NCBI GenBank assembly: GCA_052327205.1
Contig: CM126207.1
Coordinates: forward strand, 218,984,001-219,048,000
Direction: 5' to 3'
Source of the DNA: Somniosus microcephalus
Taxonomy: Eukaryota
Length of the DNA: 64,000 nucleotides
Numbering within the stretch: position 1 is the stretch's first letter; each line of letters starts with the position of its first letter. A program made the position numbers and the translations under genes. A model generated the notes under the pieces. That model did no database searches. It worked only from the letters and a program-made list of their open reading frames with translations, and was not told the origin of the DNA. Positions 13,936 to 26,649 of the stretch are shown here, piece after piece.

Positions 13936-14028
13936 CATTACTATGGAGAAGTTTACTAAATTTTAAAATCCTGATGGCGGAGGGAAGGAAAGACCCTTAA
14001 TGCTCTTATATTTCTTAATGTTCAGTGA

Positions 14029-14489
14029 ATTTGGTGATCAAAGTATGGCTTATTATTGATGGTCAACAGAACCTTTTCCTCTTTTTGCTCCCATTGTCAG
14101 CTATGAGCATGGGTCAGATCCAAAGTAAAGCTCCTTTTATATTTCTGCACCCTCTGGTCCAGCTTCACCTACAGACTTGTAAAATTTTGATCACAATCCT
14201 AAAATGAACATCGCTTCATTTGAGTGGGTTCAGCAAAGGGCAACTAAAATTTTGGATTAAGTACCAAACTATGAGAAGAGGCTACAGAAACTGGAAATGA
14301 TTACACTGGAAAAACATAACTTACTGAGTTATTCAAGAATCTAGGCTAGTATTTGGTGATCAAAGTATGGCTTATTATTGATGGTCAACAGAACCTTTTC
14401 CTCTTTTTGCTCCCATTGTCAGCTATGAGCATGAGTCAGATCCAAAGTAAAGCTCTTTTTATATTTCCGCACCCTCTGGTCCAGCTTCA
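14029..14489. repeat. 139-bp direct duplication (14029-14167 and 14351-14489) with a 183-bp spacer
   Basis: The two copies differ at about 3 positions by eye; the spacer contains decayed CR1-like sequence. Confidence 0.9.
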
Positions 14490-14583
14490 AATATGTAATA
14501 ACATATTTGACCTAGTCAGAAACCCTACGTACAAGGGCACAAACTCAAATTTCAGAAGACAGCAGATAGCTTGGATTTATAAT

Positions 14584-15252
14584 GACACAAAATTTGCGAT
14601 CGGAGGCCTCCGCGGAACCTGTAAAAAATCTACGAATTTACCTGGTGGCCCGGGGAGGTCTGGAGACTTGCGATCCTGGGCCTCTCCGGGTACACGTGGG
14701 CAGAGGCCCACGTATCCCAGGGGAGCATGCGGTTCGCAAGTGCCCCATGGATCACGTGGGCCGGCCCAACCAATAAAAGGAGGGAATTCCCATTCATACT
14801 TATTGGAGTTCCATACGTACGGAACTCCCATAAGAATGAATGGGGAATCACTTAAAAAATACACGAACACATGAAATAAATTTTTTAAAATACATATTTA
14901 AAATGCCTTTTAATTAAATATTTTAAACAAAAATTTAATTTTGGGGGGAAAAATGTATGTTTTAATGGGGCTAAAAATAAACTTACCTTACATGGTTTTT
15001 AATGTACAAATGAGTGATAACATTTTCTTTTTTTTAAACTCTTATGCTGGTAAAAGCAGGCCGTATGATTTTCACGGGCATTCAGCGGGTGGAAGTTGGG
15101 CAAGTAGCACAACTCGCCACCTGCAGAGGCCCTTCTCCCGGGGATGCGGAGTATCCGTCAAGAAGATTCTTGAGATGGCAAGTTCTGGGTTTTAGCGCAT
15201 GCGGGCGTGTACGCACCTCGTATGCACCCGTAGGGGTCACAAAATACGGCCC
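14584..15252. mobile_element. PIF/Harbinger-like MITE (inverted homolog of 7851-8891)
   Basis: 3-bp TSD aat; end caaaatacggccc; colinear reverse-complement homology. Confidence 0.82.
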
Positions 15253-15879
15253 AATGACTTTACACAAAGAATGGTGACTACATGGAACATACTGCCAAGG
15301 GTGACAGTGGATGCAGACTGTACCAGCAAAACCCAATAGGGAACTGGTAATTATTTGCTAGTAACTGAAGAGAAAGAAATAAAATAGCATTTCACGATCT
15401 GAGGACGTCTAAAGCGCAGCCAATTAAGTACTTTTGAAGTGTAGTCACTGTTGTAATGTAAAGGAATAGTGGAGTAGTGTAGGGTACTTTTCCAACTTTA
15501 GAGCCAACCACATGGACCTCAAAAGGTTTCTTCCGGTTCTGTACATTTTTATGTCCTATATTAGCACCTTCTACTGTGCTGATGTTGAGAATGGAACTAT
15601 TAGCATCAGCCAGCCTTGTGGCATCTCTGAGTGAGGCTGCCACTTTATTACCATTATGTTGAATTATGTGACGTTGTGGGCTGTCATTTCGGTCACTCGA
15701 AACTGGGGTGAGATTGATCCTTCTCATTTTAATTATGACCTTTGGATAAGTTGCCTCTCTTAGATAACTACAATCAGGTTGGGCTAGAGCAAGACAGGTC
15801 CCAGAAATTGCTGTCAAAATAACAATTAGGCTAATAGTGCTCGCTATTATTTATGTACAAATACCACAGCAACTTCAGA

Positions 15880-16577
15880 CGAGGGCAAATGCACAATTAA
15901 ACATGAAAATCAAAAAGTTGCTGTTGGACATGCACTGCTCTGCTGTTAGCTTCGCGAAATATGCAGCTCGCTGTCTGCCTTCCCATTCGAATGCATTGAG
16001 CAGCGTGAAGTTTCTGTACTTGTACATATGAAGTAAACGCGCCACAGAACGTTAAGTCAAGTTATTTCAATTCTATGTACCCTTTTAACGATGTGACAAG
16101 TGTTAATTACTGCCAGTCAACCTCTCTGGCACTGAAAATTCACTATTACAAGTGTGGAGTTTCATTTCTTCAGGTTTTAATTATTGTTGGAGGTTTTTTT
16201 TTTAATTAAAATTTTAAAAACTTTTTTTTAACTTTTTCTTTTTGTCCCTTTTTTCTCTCTCAAGCCAATCTTTCTTTCCTTCTCTTTATTTCTCTTTCTG
16301 TATCCAATTTGACATTGAATTCACCATTCTAAGTTACACTTTCTTCTCAGTCTTTGCGCTGTTAATTTCAGAATTCTCCAATCTGATTGTTAAGGAGATA
16401 CACAGTTGTTTGCCCTGTTCACTCAGGTCCCAGATGCCTTGTAGATGGCACGGTGTCGTTTCCATCTATCACTTACAGCAACATGCAGGGCAAAATACTG
16501 TCAACATTAAACGGGCAAGGACAAGTCTAACTAACAGCGGGTGCTGTTCATTGGCCTGCCACAGCAATTTTTGAGCC
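15880..16577. mobile_element. Degraded MITE related to 33926-34713
   Basis: Shared blocks (aattactgcca..caac, acaagtgtggagt, caatctgattg, ctgttcac); boundaries approximate. Confidence 0.5.
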
Positions 16578-17180
16578 ATCACTCCTTGTGTAACAGCATC
16601 AAAAATACACCATCAACGGCTCTATTAATACTTGAACCATCATAATCTTGTTTTATCCTAAATACTATTTTTTTTTAAATTTCCAGCTCAGTAGAGATGA
16701 GACAGAGTCTCGTAACAACATATGATTATTACAGACACTGGCTAATTAGGATGCTCACAACTGTCACAACATTTCATTGCTTCTGTCAATTACAAAGGAG
16801 CAACAGTAACCCTTAATTACATACATGCTCTGTTTAATTTCAACAAACACAATACCCGTGTTCAGATCGATCTTAGGCTGTTGGCTCCCGTAGCCTGGGT
16901 TTCCTGCAGCCGGTGGCCAGATCAATATAAACCCAGCAGATATTATTAGACCAGTGAACAAGAGGAATCAGTCTCCACTTGGATTTAGCACCAACCACTG
17001 TTTTAATGCTGGGCAGTGTTGCACTGGCAGCAGTGTGCTCTGCAAGGACTTTCAGGACACCAACTGTGATTTCATCATAACGAAACATGAAGAAAGTCTG
17101 AACACTGTATGCATCATCTGTTTAAGGTGTCTTGATACGTTTGCTTTGCTGATGTGCAGCGGCCATTTTTTTTTTTAATA

Positions 17181-17514
17181 CAGGAAACTTTGTGTTATCC
17201 GGAGGCTAAGTGTCCGGCAAGCTCGAGCCACCAGCAAAAATCAGGAGCCGTTTTGTTAGGCTTTTTTTCTTCTCGTGGCTTTTTTTTTCAACAGTCAGGC
17301 TGTGGAAAGTCTCTCTGAAGCTGTTGCTAAGCGACAGAGATGCTTCCAAGGTACGGCCGACTGTTTAGAAGCTGTTGCTAAGCAACAGTGTTTGTTGCCA
17401 GATACGGAGCTGAAAAGCTCCGTATGCTTCAACATTAACGCTGGTGTGTCCGGCAGTTTTGAGGGAACGGCAACAGCTCGGTCCCGTCGGTGCCGGATAT
17501 CACAAAGTTTCCTG
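17181..17514. mobile_element. Tc1/mariner-type MITE, copy 2 (inverted relative to copy 1)
   Basis: About 22-bp TIR, TA TSD. Confidence 0.88.
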
Positions 17515-18237
17515 TAGCTCCAATGCACATGTACAAACTGTAGAATGCCCTTTGCCTCCAGTTCAGAGGAAATCGGCAGTGGGACTGCATTATAAGTTCA
17601 GAAGAGTAGCACTCTTTGGCTGGTCGTTCTGTAGTCTAAAAGGACCCAGATTGCTCAGCATCAGAAAACATCAGATTGCTCTAGATTTTTAACATGAAAA
17701 TAAAAACAAATTCAGGAGATGTGTTGTGGACTGTATTATTTGAGGAAAAACCCAGAACCAAGCTTCCTGGATAAAAATAATGCCTTAAACTGAATTTATT
17801 TAGTAGATTAAGTCAAAATGGTGGGAAGAGTGAACTGTACTTTCGATGTAGAAAGAGCACCAATCTGGGTTGACCTGAAATTGGACTGTTGGTCGCATTG
17901 AGCCAAAACCCAAAGTCACTAAGCTCAGGCTCATCAAAACGTTTGAATTACAGAATGTTAACTTGTAGCAGCGTCTTCATTTCACCACCAAAGGTTAGAA
18001 AGGATTAATGACTATTCTAGATTCAATGGTAGGTTGTTTGCTTGCTTATCTTTATGTTCTCTGATCAGTACTTTTTCTTTTAAAAATTCATCCATTTACA
18101 GAAGCATTGAAAAGATTCCAATGGAGACAAATGAAGCAAAAACAGCCAGCCAAGTCAAACAAAATGAAATATAAATGGAATACTTGACTGTCTAGATAGT
18201 ATAAAATCAGCTGATTCTACTGAAGAAATGATAGTAC

Positions 18238-18481
18238 CTCTGAGTCCCGGAAGTACATTTCATACTGTTGAATCATCTGTCTACTGATCATACTGCCATG
18301 ATAAACGATGACGTTCAGGTCTGTCCATGTGCGAAATTCTCTTTCCCAGTTTGCAATTGTAGACAAAGGTGCAATGATAAGAAAAGGACCATGGATGCCA
18401 GTCAGACAAATTTCATCAAGGAATGTAATAGACTGGATGGTCTTGCCTAAACCCATTTCATCAGCAAGAATGCAGTTTTGC
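18238..18481 (-). CDS. CHD9: CHD9 coding exon; SNF2 ATPase Walker A ([12 protein letters not shown])
   Basis: cag acceptor, gtacta donor; 244 bp, phase 2 to 0. Confidence 0.96.
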
Positions 18482-18648
18482 CTGGAATTGAGAAATGGTT
18501 ACCTTTATACGGTGTTCTTGCATATCAAACAAAATATTTTAAGCATTATATATGCTTAAACACAAAACCATAAGCAAAATTATTTACATAAGCAACTGTG
18601 GTGAGGTGTACTGTAATGCAGAATATTCCTTGAACAGGTAGATATACA

Positions 18649-19252
18649 TCTATATATATAAAGCGGTTCTGTCCGTCATTCCGTCTGTCTGTATTGAATA
18701 AACTCGAAAGTTATGGAGCGTACCTACACGTGTGTTACATCGAAAGAAAGCTTACGATTCCAGAACCGTCATAAGCGTATTTACTTTTCGGTCGGACTAA
18801 AATTGTTCGCGCGTTATGCAAAAAACCTTCAAAATTAAACTCATTATCTGCTAATTAGCATTGATTGACTGACGTCAAGGTCGACCAATCCTGTGCCGTC
18901 ACGATTGACCAATCCTACAGTTCAGTCGCCTGATGGTTGGCCAATCGCTGCGTCTGTGGGCGGGACTAATGCTTTTCAACTCAGGCATCGGGCAGCCATT
19001 GCTTCACTACTTCCAGCTCAAAATCTGCTAATCCAGCTTCGAAAAAGTTAGTATCTCTTTTAAAAATAACATAACATTTACCAAAAACGTTTTATAAGTA
19101 CTTTCACTTTCATCTTTGAAGCTATTAAAAGGTAGAAATGTTGCCCGGCAGCAGATTCACACAGGGACCGACAGACAGGCCCCAAAGCCTGGGACTCGAT
19201 TTAAACCGCCCGGCCCAAAACAGCCCTGGCAAAGCCGGGCTCCCCCAGCTAG
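18649..19252 (+). mobile_element. Non-autonomous Helitron
   Basis: Starts A|TCtatatatataaa; 3' GC hairpin cctggc-aaa-gccggg (19225-19239) about 10 bp before CTAG|T; no TSD. Confidence 0.82.
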
Positions 19253-20712
19253 TATAAATTTTAACACCGCACTGGTGTTTATTAAATGAAGTTATATCTC
19301 GATAAACTCAATTAGTTTGCCAAAAATGATTATAGCGGCATTAAGATTTCTACACAATATATTAAAGTAAGAGCTGGGATGTGCCACAAAACTCTGCTAA
19401 GCAGATAATACTGGGGAAAGGTAGCAAAATGGGGCCATTTTCAGATTTTGAAAGCTATTTGAATTGAGCACTGAAGAGCTTCAAAAAAAACTTCCCAAAT
19501 TAAGTAAAATCACAGAAAAATGTTTAGATTTCTGTGAGAAATTAATGTAAAGTGATGTTGTATGCGAAGCTAAGCACTGGACAAGAATAAACTATTATGG
19601 ACACATTTTTCAATATTCCATAATCATAGACCTGCTTCAACCAATTTTTTAAAATTCCAGATTTATTTCAAGGAGGAAAAAACTGACATTGCTCCCTGCT
19701 CCCTGAACCCTGAAGGTAGTCAATCACAAACTGAAGAATATCCATCTAACAGTCTACAATATTTAACCTGATTTGTTATACTCCAGATAAAATTCCCATG
19801 GTTCCCACAAGACCAGAGCCATACTGTTCCATTGAATATTTTATCATCTATGCCTGCACTGCCTTCTAATGTTTGATCCAAAGAGTCATGCATCTCCTTT
19901 CATTGGAGCCTATTTCATAACATAAAATAGGGAAATATTAGGACAAAGTATATTGCACTTAGTCCAAGGGTGCCAGCACATTTAAGCAAAATGAATTTCA
20001 GAGACATTTGCAGTGAATGCAATAACTTAAATTTCAAGCAAATTTAAATGTGCAAATAGAGTAAAAAGTTTCCTAATATACAGTATCTGCTGTTCAGTGG
20101 AATGGATGTTTTCTCTGAACTCAGCAATTTGTTAATTTTGTGCTCACGCTCTCTAGTTCTGTGAATAACAAACAAACCCTGTGATACATCAGAACATGGC
20201 AAATCTCTGCATGGAACTCAGAGCAAACCAACATAAGAAATTGTAAACATTGCAGTAAATTAATGTGATAAACAGCAGTCAGCACAAGACAAGAGCACTG
20301 TGAATCCTTAGGAGAAACTGCAGCTGTGGAAAGTCGCTATTAGAAACAAAAGGATTACAACAATCATTGTGCAAGTACCCATGCCAATGTTAAGCACATC
20401 TTCAATTATACCCACAATTACAAGTGACATTCCATAACCTGCAACCTGAATTTCTCCAATTAAACTGAATCAAATTTTCTTACATTTGTGCAGTACTACA
20501 AGCAGAAAAACAGAGTTTAACAGCCTATTTTAAATGTCCCAATATTGCATCTGATCGTCTCGTTTATGGTGGCCAGGCAAATGCTTTCATTGGGATATAA
20601 TGAAAAATGCAAGTCTTCCATGTGGAAGAATTTTCTCCATGTTCTTGGTCACATAAAATTTCAATGAGTTAATTAAAATAAAAATTGCGTGTTCTTCGGA
20701 CTTCAATCTTAC

Positions 20713-20834
20713 CTGTTATACCAGTTGAAAAGGAGCCAATTGACTCCTTCCAATTGGTACTCCCTGAGCTCATTACCAATCTTGTATTCCCTGGATTGTC
20801 CAAGCTTCTTCCAAACAGTGGCAGGAGGTCGTTC
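20713..20834 (-). CDS. CHD9: CHD9 coding exon ([11 protein letters not shown]...[18 protein letters not shown])
   Basis: aag acceptor, gtaag donor; 122 bp, phase 0 to 2; Q-motif [11 protein letters not shown]. Confidence 0.94.
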
Positions 20835-20960
20835 CTTTGATAAGAAAGATGTGAAAATAAAGCAGAAATTAAGGTGCAAAAAGCAGAGCATCAAGGGAAA
20901 TATATTCTAACAAGGTTATTAAATGTTGCCTTTTCTGCTTAGGGCTCTAAATCTTCTTGC

Positions 20961-21408
20961 AGGGTGCAGAGGAGATTTACAAGGATGTTGCCAGGACTGG
21001 AGAATTTTAGCTATGAGGAAAGATTGGATAGGCTGGAGTTGTTTTCTTTGGAACAGAGGAGGCTGAGGAGAGATTTAATTAAGGTGCATAAAATTATGAG
21101 GGGCCCGGATAGAAAGGACCTATTTCCCTTAGCAGAGGTCAATAACCAGGGGGCATAGATTTAAAGTAATTGGTAGAAGGATTAGAGGGGAGTTGAGGAG
21201 AACTTTTTTCACCCAGAGGGTGGTGGGGTTCTGCAACTCACTCCCTGCAAGGGTGGTAGAGGCAGAAACCCTCATCACATTTAAAAAGTACTTGGATATG
21301 CACTTGAAGTGCTGTAACCTACTAGGATACGGACCAAGAGCTGGAAAGTGGGATTAAACTAGATAGCTCTTTTTCGGCCTCCTTCTGTGCCGTAAATTTC
21401 TATGATTC
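20961..21408 (+). mobile_element. CR1 LINE 3' fragment
   Basis: Peptide QRRFTRMLPGLENFSYEERLDRLELFSLEQRRLRRDLI and CR1-type 3' tail. Confidence 0.9.
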
Positions 21409-21474
21409 TTGGCATTAAATAGTTTACAATATACAATAAACTTCTGTTTAAATTTTGTACTAGAATGCTCATTC

Positions 21475-21711
21475 AGTTACGTCGAATGGGCAATCAAAGC
21501 CACCAAACAAAGAGCAGTACAACACAAAAATACTACACACTCTAATTATTAGTGCTTGCTACAAGTTTAGACTCAGCTGTAGACACCGTCTCAATGGTAT
21601 CAATCGCTCTCGTAAGGGGATCCACGTCCCTTACATTCTAGAATTGACTCTCACTGCCCAATGTCTACCTAGACGATACCGTAACTCGGGTTGTAACAAT
21701 CCGTCCCCCTT
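21475..21711 (-). mobile_element. Possible decayed LTR with adjacent polypurine tract
   Basis: Minus strand aagggggacgga immediately followed by tgttacaa; far end gtaac. Confidence 0.35.
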
Positions 21712-22678
21712 GACATACAAACTGGATACAGTAAACTCGCACATGCCCCAATATGCACTCGTCCAACCTTTTAATAAGTGGAACTGATGCACAATCTGCA
21801 AAGACGATGATGAATCAAGAAGCTGGTTTATTTGGGTGAATAGATGTTACTGAACAAAAGTAGCAATTCCAGTCTTTTTTAAACTTCTTCTGGAATGCTT
21901 CTTGTAACACAAAACAGAAACATGCAATACGCAGTTTTTGCTTTATTTTATTTTCAGTCAGTTTCTGGCTGGGAAAATTGATCTTGATTGCAATTATATC
22001 TTAAATGCCAGCTCAATGCAAGATCCACTTTCTCGCATGTGTAAAATAGACTAGTCCTGCCTCGTCTCCAACTCACAGGATGACAGTGCAACGCATTGGC
22101 TGTCAATAGGTACTCTGCAAGCTGATGGGCCAGTATCCTTTCTTTTTCTTGTATTCTTATTTACTCATTCATTCCCTCACACCTAGGCCCACATTGCAGC
22201 ATTTCAGTATACCACACGGTTAACAAAAATTTTATAAATTTTATAACTTTTTTTTTTTTAAAAAGGATGTGTGCCTTTAAAAACATTTTTTTAATCTTCA
22301 TGTGGTGTCTGATCCATCAACATGCTTACGGTCTATTTCAAAAAGATTTAATTCTCCTTTTGGAAAACAAAAACACTGCACTAACATCTTGTTAAACGTT
22401 TAATGCGTGGTCCCTGCTCCTCCTGGGAGGTTTCAATTATCTACCACATGCCTCGGTCTCTAAACTGAGCCCACAATCTTCTGAATCAAAGGCCAGAATG
22501 TTACCACTAAGCCAAGGCTGACACTTTACAAAGAGTGCATATACAATACTGGGATTAATTCCAATCTTTAAAACAGTGGAAGATACTTGAGTAATATAAA
22601 GTTCAAGCAGGAATTTCCACTTTGAATGTTTTCTCAGCATCTGCTAATCAGCATTATAGCTTCAGATTGTTCACTCAC

Positions 22679-22816
22679 CATACGCTTTAGGGAAGGCTTT
22701 GCTTGCTGCAGTCGTTCAAACTCCTCAATCTTTCCTTGATCTACATCTTCTCTAAGCTCCCAGGTACTATCCTCATATGGCAGTGAACACCATTTAACCA
22801 AATAGTAAACAACAGC
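22679..22816 (-). CDS. CHD9: CHD9 coding exon ([26 protein letters not shown]...KRM); chromodomain 2
   Basis: tag acceptor, gtgagt donor; 138 bp, phase 0; [16 protein letters not shown] motif. Confidence 0.95.
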
Positions 22817-23433
22817 CTACATTAAAAGAACAATGTGTTTACTGAAAAACAATGTTAAGTGTATCCGCACTTCGTAATAATAGTATTACAAGTATTGAGG
22901 TCTTCTCAGAGAAGCCCTTTTAGCTACATACATTCTGAACATGATCATTCCAATTTCAACTGTAATGAATAGGACTTGTAACTACAATATCCAAGATATT
23001 GCCACTGCAGGCAATTTCCAAACTCATGCTTAGCATACCAGTACTGTTAAGACTACTTTTTTTGTACAATACATATTATGTTTTTTAACCACCATTTTCA
23101 AATGTAAAATGGTACATGTAATATGCAAAAAAATAAGTAATTATGTTCTATATTGGATGTTTACTGATGAGGTTCCTAGGCACTACTTCAGCAAAAGAGA
23201 ATTTAAATGAATCCCAAAGCAAGATGTGGTGATCATCACCAAACATTCATGTTCATTATTTCTCGAACATTTTTAAATACATATTAAAAACTGGAGGATT
23301 TTTTCCCCTTGTCTCTTTTAAAGATTTAAATATCAGGTGAAAAATTAGAAACTTGCACTTAGTCAAAAGATTTTCCACATTTCAAATTATGTTCCTCAAT
23401 GGAAGGCTCAACAAGAAAAATACGCACTGGTAC

Positions 23434-23520
23434 CTCGCCAGTGTCTGTGTCCTCACAACATGAGTATTCCAATATTCTGTCCACTTCAACATAGTCTGGA
23501 TTAAAAGGCTCGTCGTCCAT
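23434..23520 (-). CDS. CHD9: CHD9 coding exon (MDDEPFNPDYVEVDRILEYSCCEDTDTGE); chromodomain 2
   Basis: cag acceptor, gtacca donor; 87 bp, phase 0; FNPDYVEVDR motif. Confidence 0.94.
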
Positions 23521-25018
23521 CTGCAAGTAGTTTTATAGTGAATAATATAATTATAAACAGCTCGGAAATGGTGTGCATTTGCCTTTAGATATTTTATGAA
23601 TACAAGATTATTTATTCATGAACTGTAATTTTATTTAAGAGATTTATCAGGACATGGTTTCATACAGAGTACATCTATTGTACACATTTTACAATGCCTG
23701 CGGTTAAATGCAGTAAGAATCATAAATGATTATGAAATTCTATACGTTAAGGTGAGGGGTGCTCAGTGGAAAGGCCATCCCTGGTCAAGGGATGCTAGAG
23801 GTTTGTAAAGGGGGGGGGGGGGGGTGAAATGAGGTCCTTCTCAACATTGTAGGAAGTGTTTCATTAGCAGGTAACCTTACAATTAGCCTGGTTATGGGGC
23901 TTGGGGTAGTTGGCCAGCTGGCTTCAGGAAGAGGGCCTAAATTTCCTGGTATTTCTCCAGCTCCACACACACCCTGTACATTACTTGCTCTGACTGGCAC
24001 GTGTCCCACGTGTCGTTAAACCACATTCGATGGAGGGGATGCTGGATTGCGCCACAACAGAGAAGTGCCTCTTCTTGCTCCCAGCAGCAAGATCTGTTGA
24101 GCTGGTGAGTAGCAAGAGGTCCTTGCTCTGCTGGCAATAGGTCAAGTATGTATTGGCTTGGATCCAGGGCGATGGTTGAACCATCATCTCGTCAGTGGCT
24201 TCCAGCATATTGTCCAGAAGCACCTAGGGTGGGGCACAACTGGTGTGTGCGCAGGAATGCGCCTTTCTAGCCATAGCTCCACCAGCAATCCCTGCCAGGG
24301 CCAGATGAAACTAGTTTGTATGGGGCGAAGAATGAGCAGCGAGGGATTTGAAATTGATCCTTCCTCTTGCATTTTGCTGCAGGTGGAGGTAATGAGAGCT
24401 GGTTTCAGTGCCTCCTTCCAGTTTTACCAAGAGTGGTCATCCTGGATCACATTCCCAGGAGCCACACAGATTGTTTGGTGGTGCAGAGGTTGACTGGATA
24501 GAGTAGGGCGCTGAGGTGTGCTTGAAGGGCAGCTCTGTTTTGGAGATGGTCAGCTCCAACGGGGTTGATTTGCAGTAGATTTTTACAGAGCACTATGGAG
24601 TCCTGGATGCAGTGGCGGAGCTGGAAGTATCAAATAATCATGGGAAATTTGTCAGCTAGCTGCTGAATAGGCATGACCAGTCCCTGATGGAGCAGTTTGC
24701 CCAACTCAATGATGCCTTGCCCATGCCACTTTGAAGTCATTGGCACAGAAAACATACAGCAGGTCACTATTGTGGGACACTGGGGAGAGCGCCAGCAGGC
24801 GCACTGGCACCTATGGTGCGGTGCAAGCATCATTCCAGATTAGAGATACTATTCGGTGCATTTGTAGAATCGTCTGCTACAGAAATTTGTGATGGAGAAA
24901 AGTGTGTAATGGAGCTGAAAGCGTGGTATCTGTCTGCATGCCAAGCTGGAGATTTGGGAGGTGGCAGGGGAATTGATGCCCTAGACAGATTTAAGTCCAC
25001 AAACACTTTCAAACTTAC

Positions 25019-25136
25019 AGCTGCGAAGAAATGGCCTCTCTGTGCCTGTTTAATCTTGAAGCGTTTCACTTTCTGGTGTATTCTTTTGTCTTTCGTCAAC
25101 TGCGCTTCTGTGGCCCATTCACAATGCAGATATGAG
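25019..25136 (-). CDS. CHD9: CHD9 coding exon (Y|[27 protein letters not shown]...FFAA); chromodomain 1
   Basis: tag acceptor, gtaagt donor; 118 bp, phase 2 to 0; SYLHCEWA motif. Confidence 0.94.
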
Positions 25137-25705
25137 CTAGAATTGAGATATTAAAAGTCAATACCATAAATATTTAATTAACTTCACTTATTACTGATTT
25201 AGTCATTGGTGTTAGTTTAAAAGATGAGCGAAGTTAATGTCAAAGCAATAATCCATAAAAAGTAATATATCTAAAATCTACAAGAGATGTGCGGTGTACG
25301 GCTTTTATACATGCCAAAACTAGCCGTGGAGCAAATCAAACTACATTTCCCAGGGTGCAGTGTCGGAGCTCTGCATGCCCAGCAGCACTCTGGTTATGGG
25401 TGTAGTTGGCACATCATGCTTTACTTAATAGCTGTGGTGGGGATTTCCTGTGCAAATTGCACAGGCAGAGTATGTATATTACATAATACAGACAATCAGA
25501 AGCAAACCTCTTTCAGTAGCAAAATAAATCATACCTAAATATTTTCCATCATCATTCACACTATAAATCAGTGCCAGGCTGGGGGGTTTTCTGTTGCCCT
25601 TTATTTGTTTTCCCCTTCCTTAAGTTTTTTCACACCTAATTGAACGATTTGGAAGCTTGCTCACATGCCTCCACCAATTCCGTTCAACAGCCAGCTGCTA
25701 GAAAT

Positions 25706-25764
25706 CTCTTCTCTTAAGCAGTCCCTCGGAACCGAGGATGACCTGCTTCCACATCAAAAGAGAA
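25706..25764 (-). mobile_element. 59-bp retro-insertion, probably an RTE-type LINE 3' tail
   Basis: 10-bp TSD tgctagaaat (25696-25705, 25765-25774); hairpin cctcgg-aa-ccgagg. Confidence 0.65.
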
Positions 25765-26087
25765 TGCTAGAAATAATCCAAGAATGTCCCAGGATGCCTG
25801 GGAATCCAATTTGTCCTCCCAGTGGGAGCCATTAATCTCCATTTAACTTTCTGCAACAGCCCCGTTTTTGTTTCTCAAACACATTTTGCAACACAAAATT
25901 CTGTGCATCCATGAGACGTGAACATACACAATTTTCTACTTGGATTCTTGTTAATTAGACGACACATACGCAAACTTCATCACAAAATGCAAATACAAAA
26001 ACTAAGCAGAATATTAAATGTCCATTGCCTTTAGCACTGAAGTAGAAGGATCATGATATCTTAAAAAAAAGTAGTAAGTTTACTTAC

Positions 26088-26143
26088 TAGTTTTTGTATT
26101 TAACAAAGAACTCTTCAACATCAGCCATATGTCCCATGGCCAC
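26088..26143 (-). CDS. CHD9: CHD9 coding exon (VAMGHMADVEEFFVKYKN); chromodomain 1
   Basis: tag acceptor, gtaagt donor; 56 bp, phase 0 to 2; EEFFVKYKNY motif. Confidence 0.92.
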
Positions 26144-26649
26144 CTAGACAAAGAAGCCTTCCGATTAAAATGACTTGTCAAATGTACATTATAAATAGAT
26201 ACGAGGCATTTTGGAAAATAAAATCAGATATCAAACATCAGACCATTCTGAAAGAGGGTCCTACTGTTACGCTTTTAGGGCTTCACCAGATATTTCTTGT
26301 GCTCAGCACCAAAGGCCATGCTCATCAGTGAGCTCTTGCTCCTGATCAACTGAAGTGTGACTTGATCCGTGCAATTATCTGGTAATATAGCATTACCCAG
26401 CGGTCGAACGCAAACCTTTGCTACTATTAGCTTGATAAATTGACACTAGCCCTTGTGTTCTCCAAGTCTGTGGATAGCGGAAGAATAGACATCAGATCGT
26501 GCAATTTTGGCAATAACCTATAAATCAGGTTTATTAAAAGTAAAAAGTAGCAGAAAGTCAATACATCAGACTACACTCAATTTCAGAACTTCTAACTTAC
26601 TGGGCACAAAATAAAAAGGCATGACACTTTGCTAACTCTCCTAGTATTA

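Noticed and set aside
13788-14000. ORF MDCGRKPEHPEETHADTGRMCKLHTD (also 7870-8298)
   Set aside because: Antisense translation of the V-SINE core, not a gene.
14353-14874. 173-aa ORF
   Set aside because: It runs across a local duplication into a MITE; no coherent protein signal.
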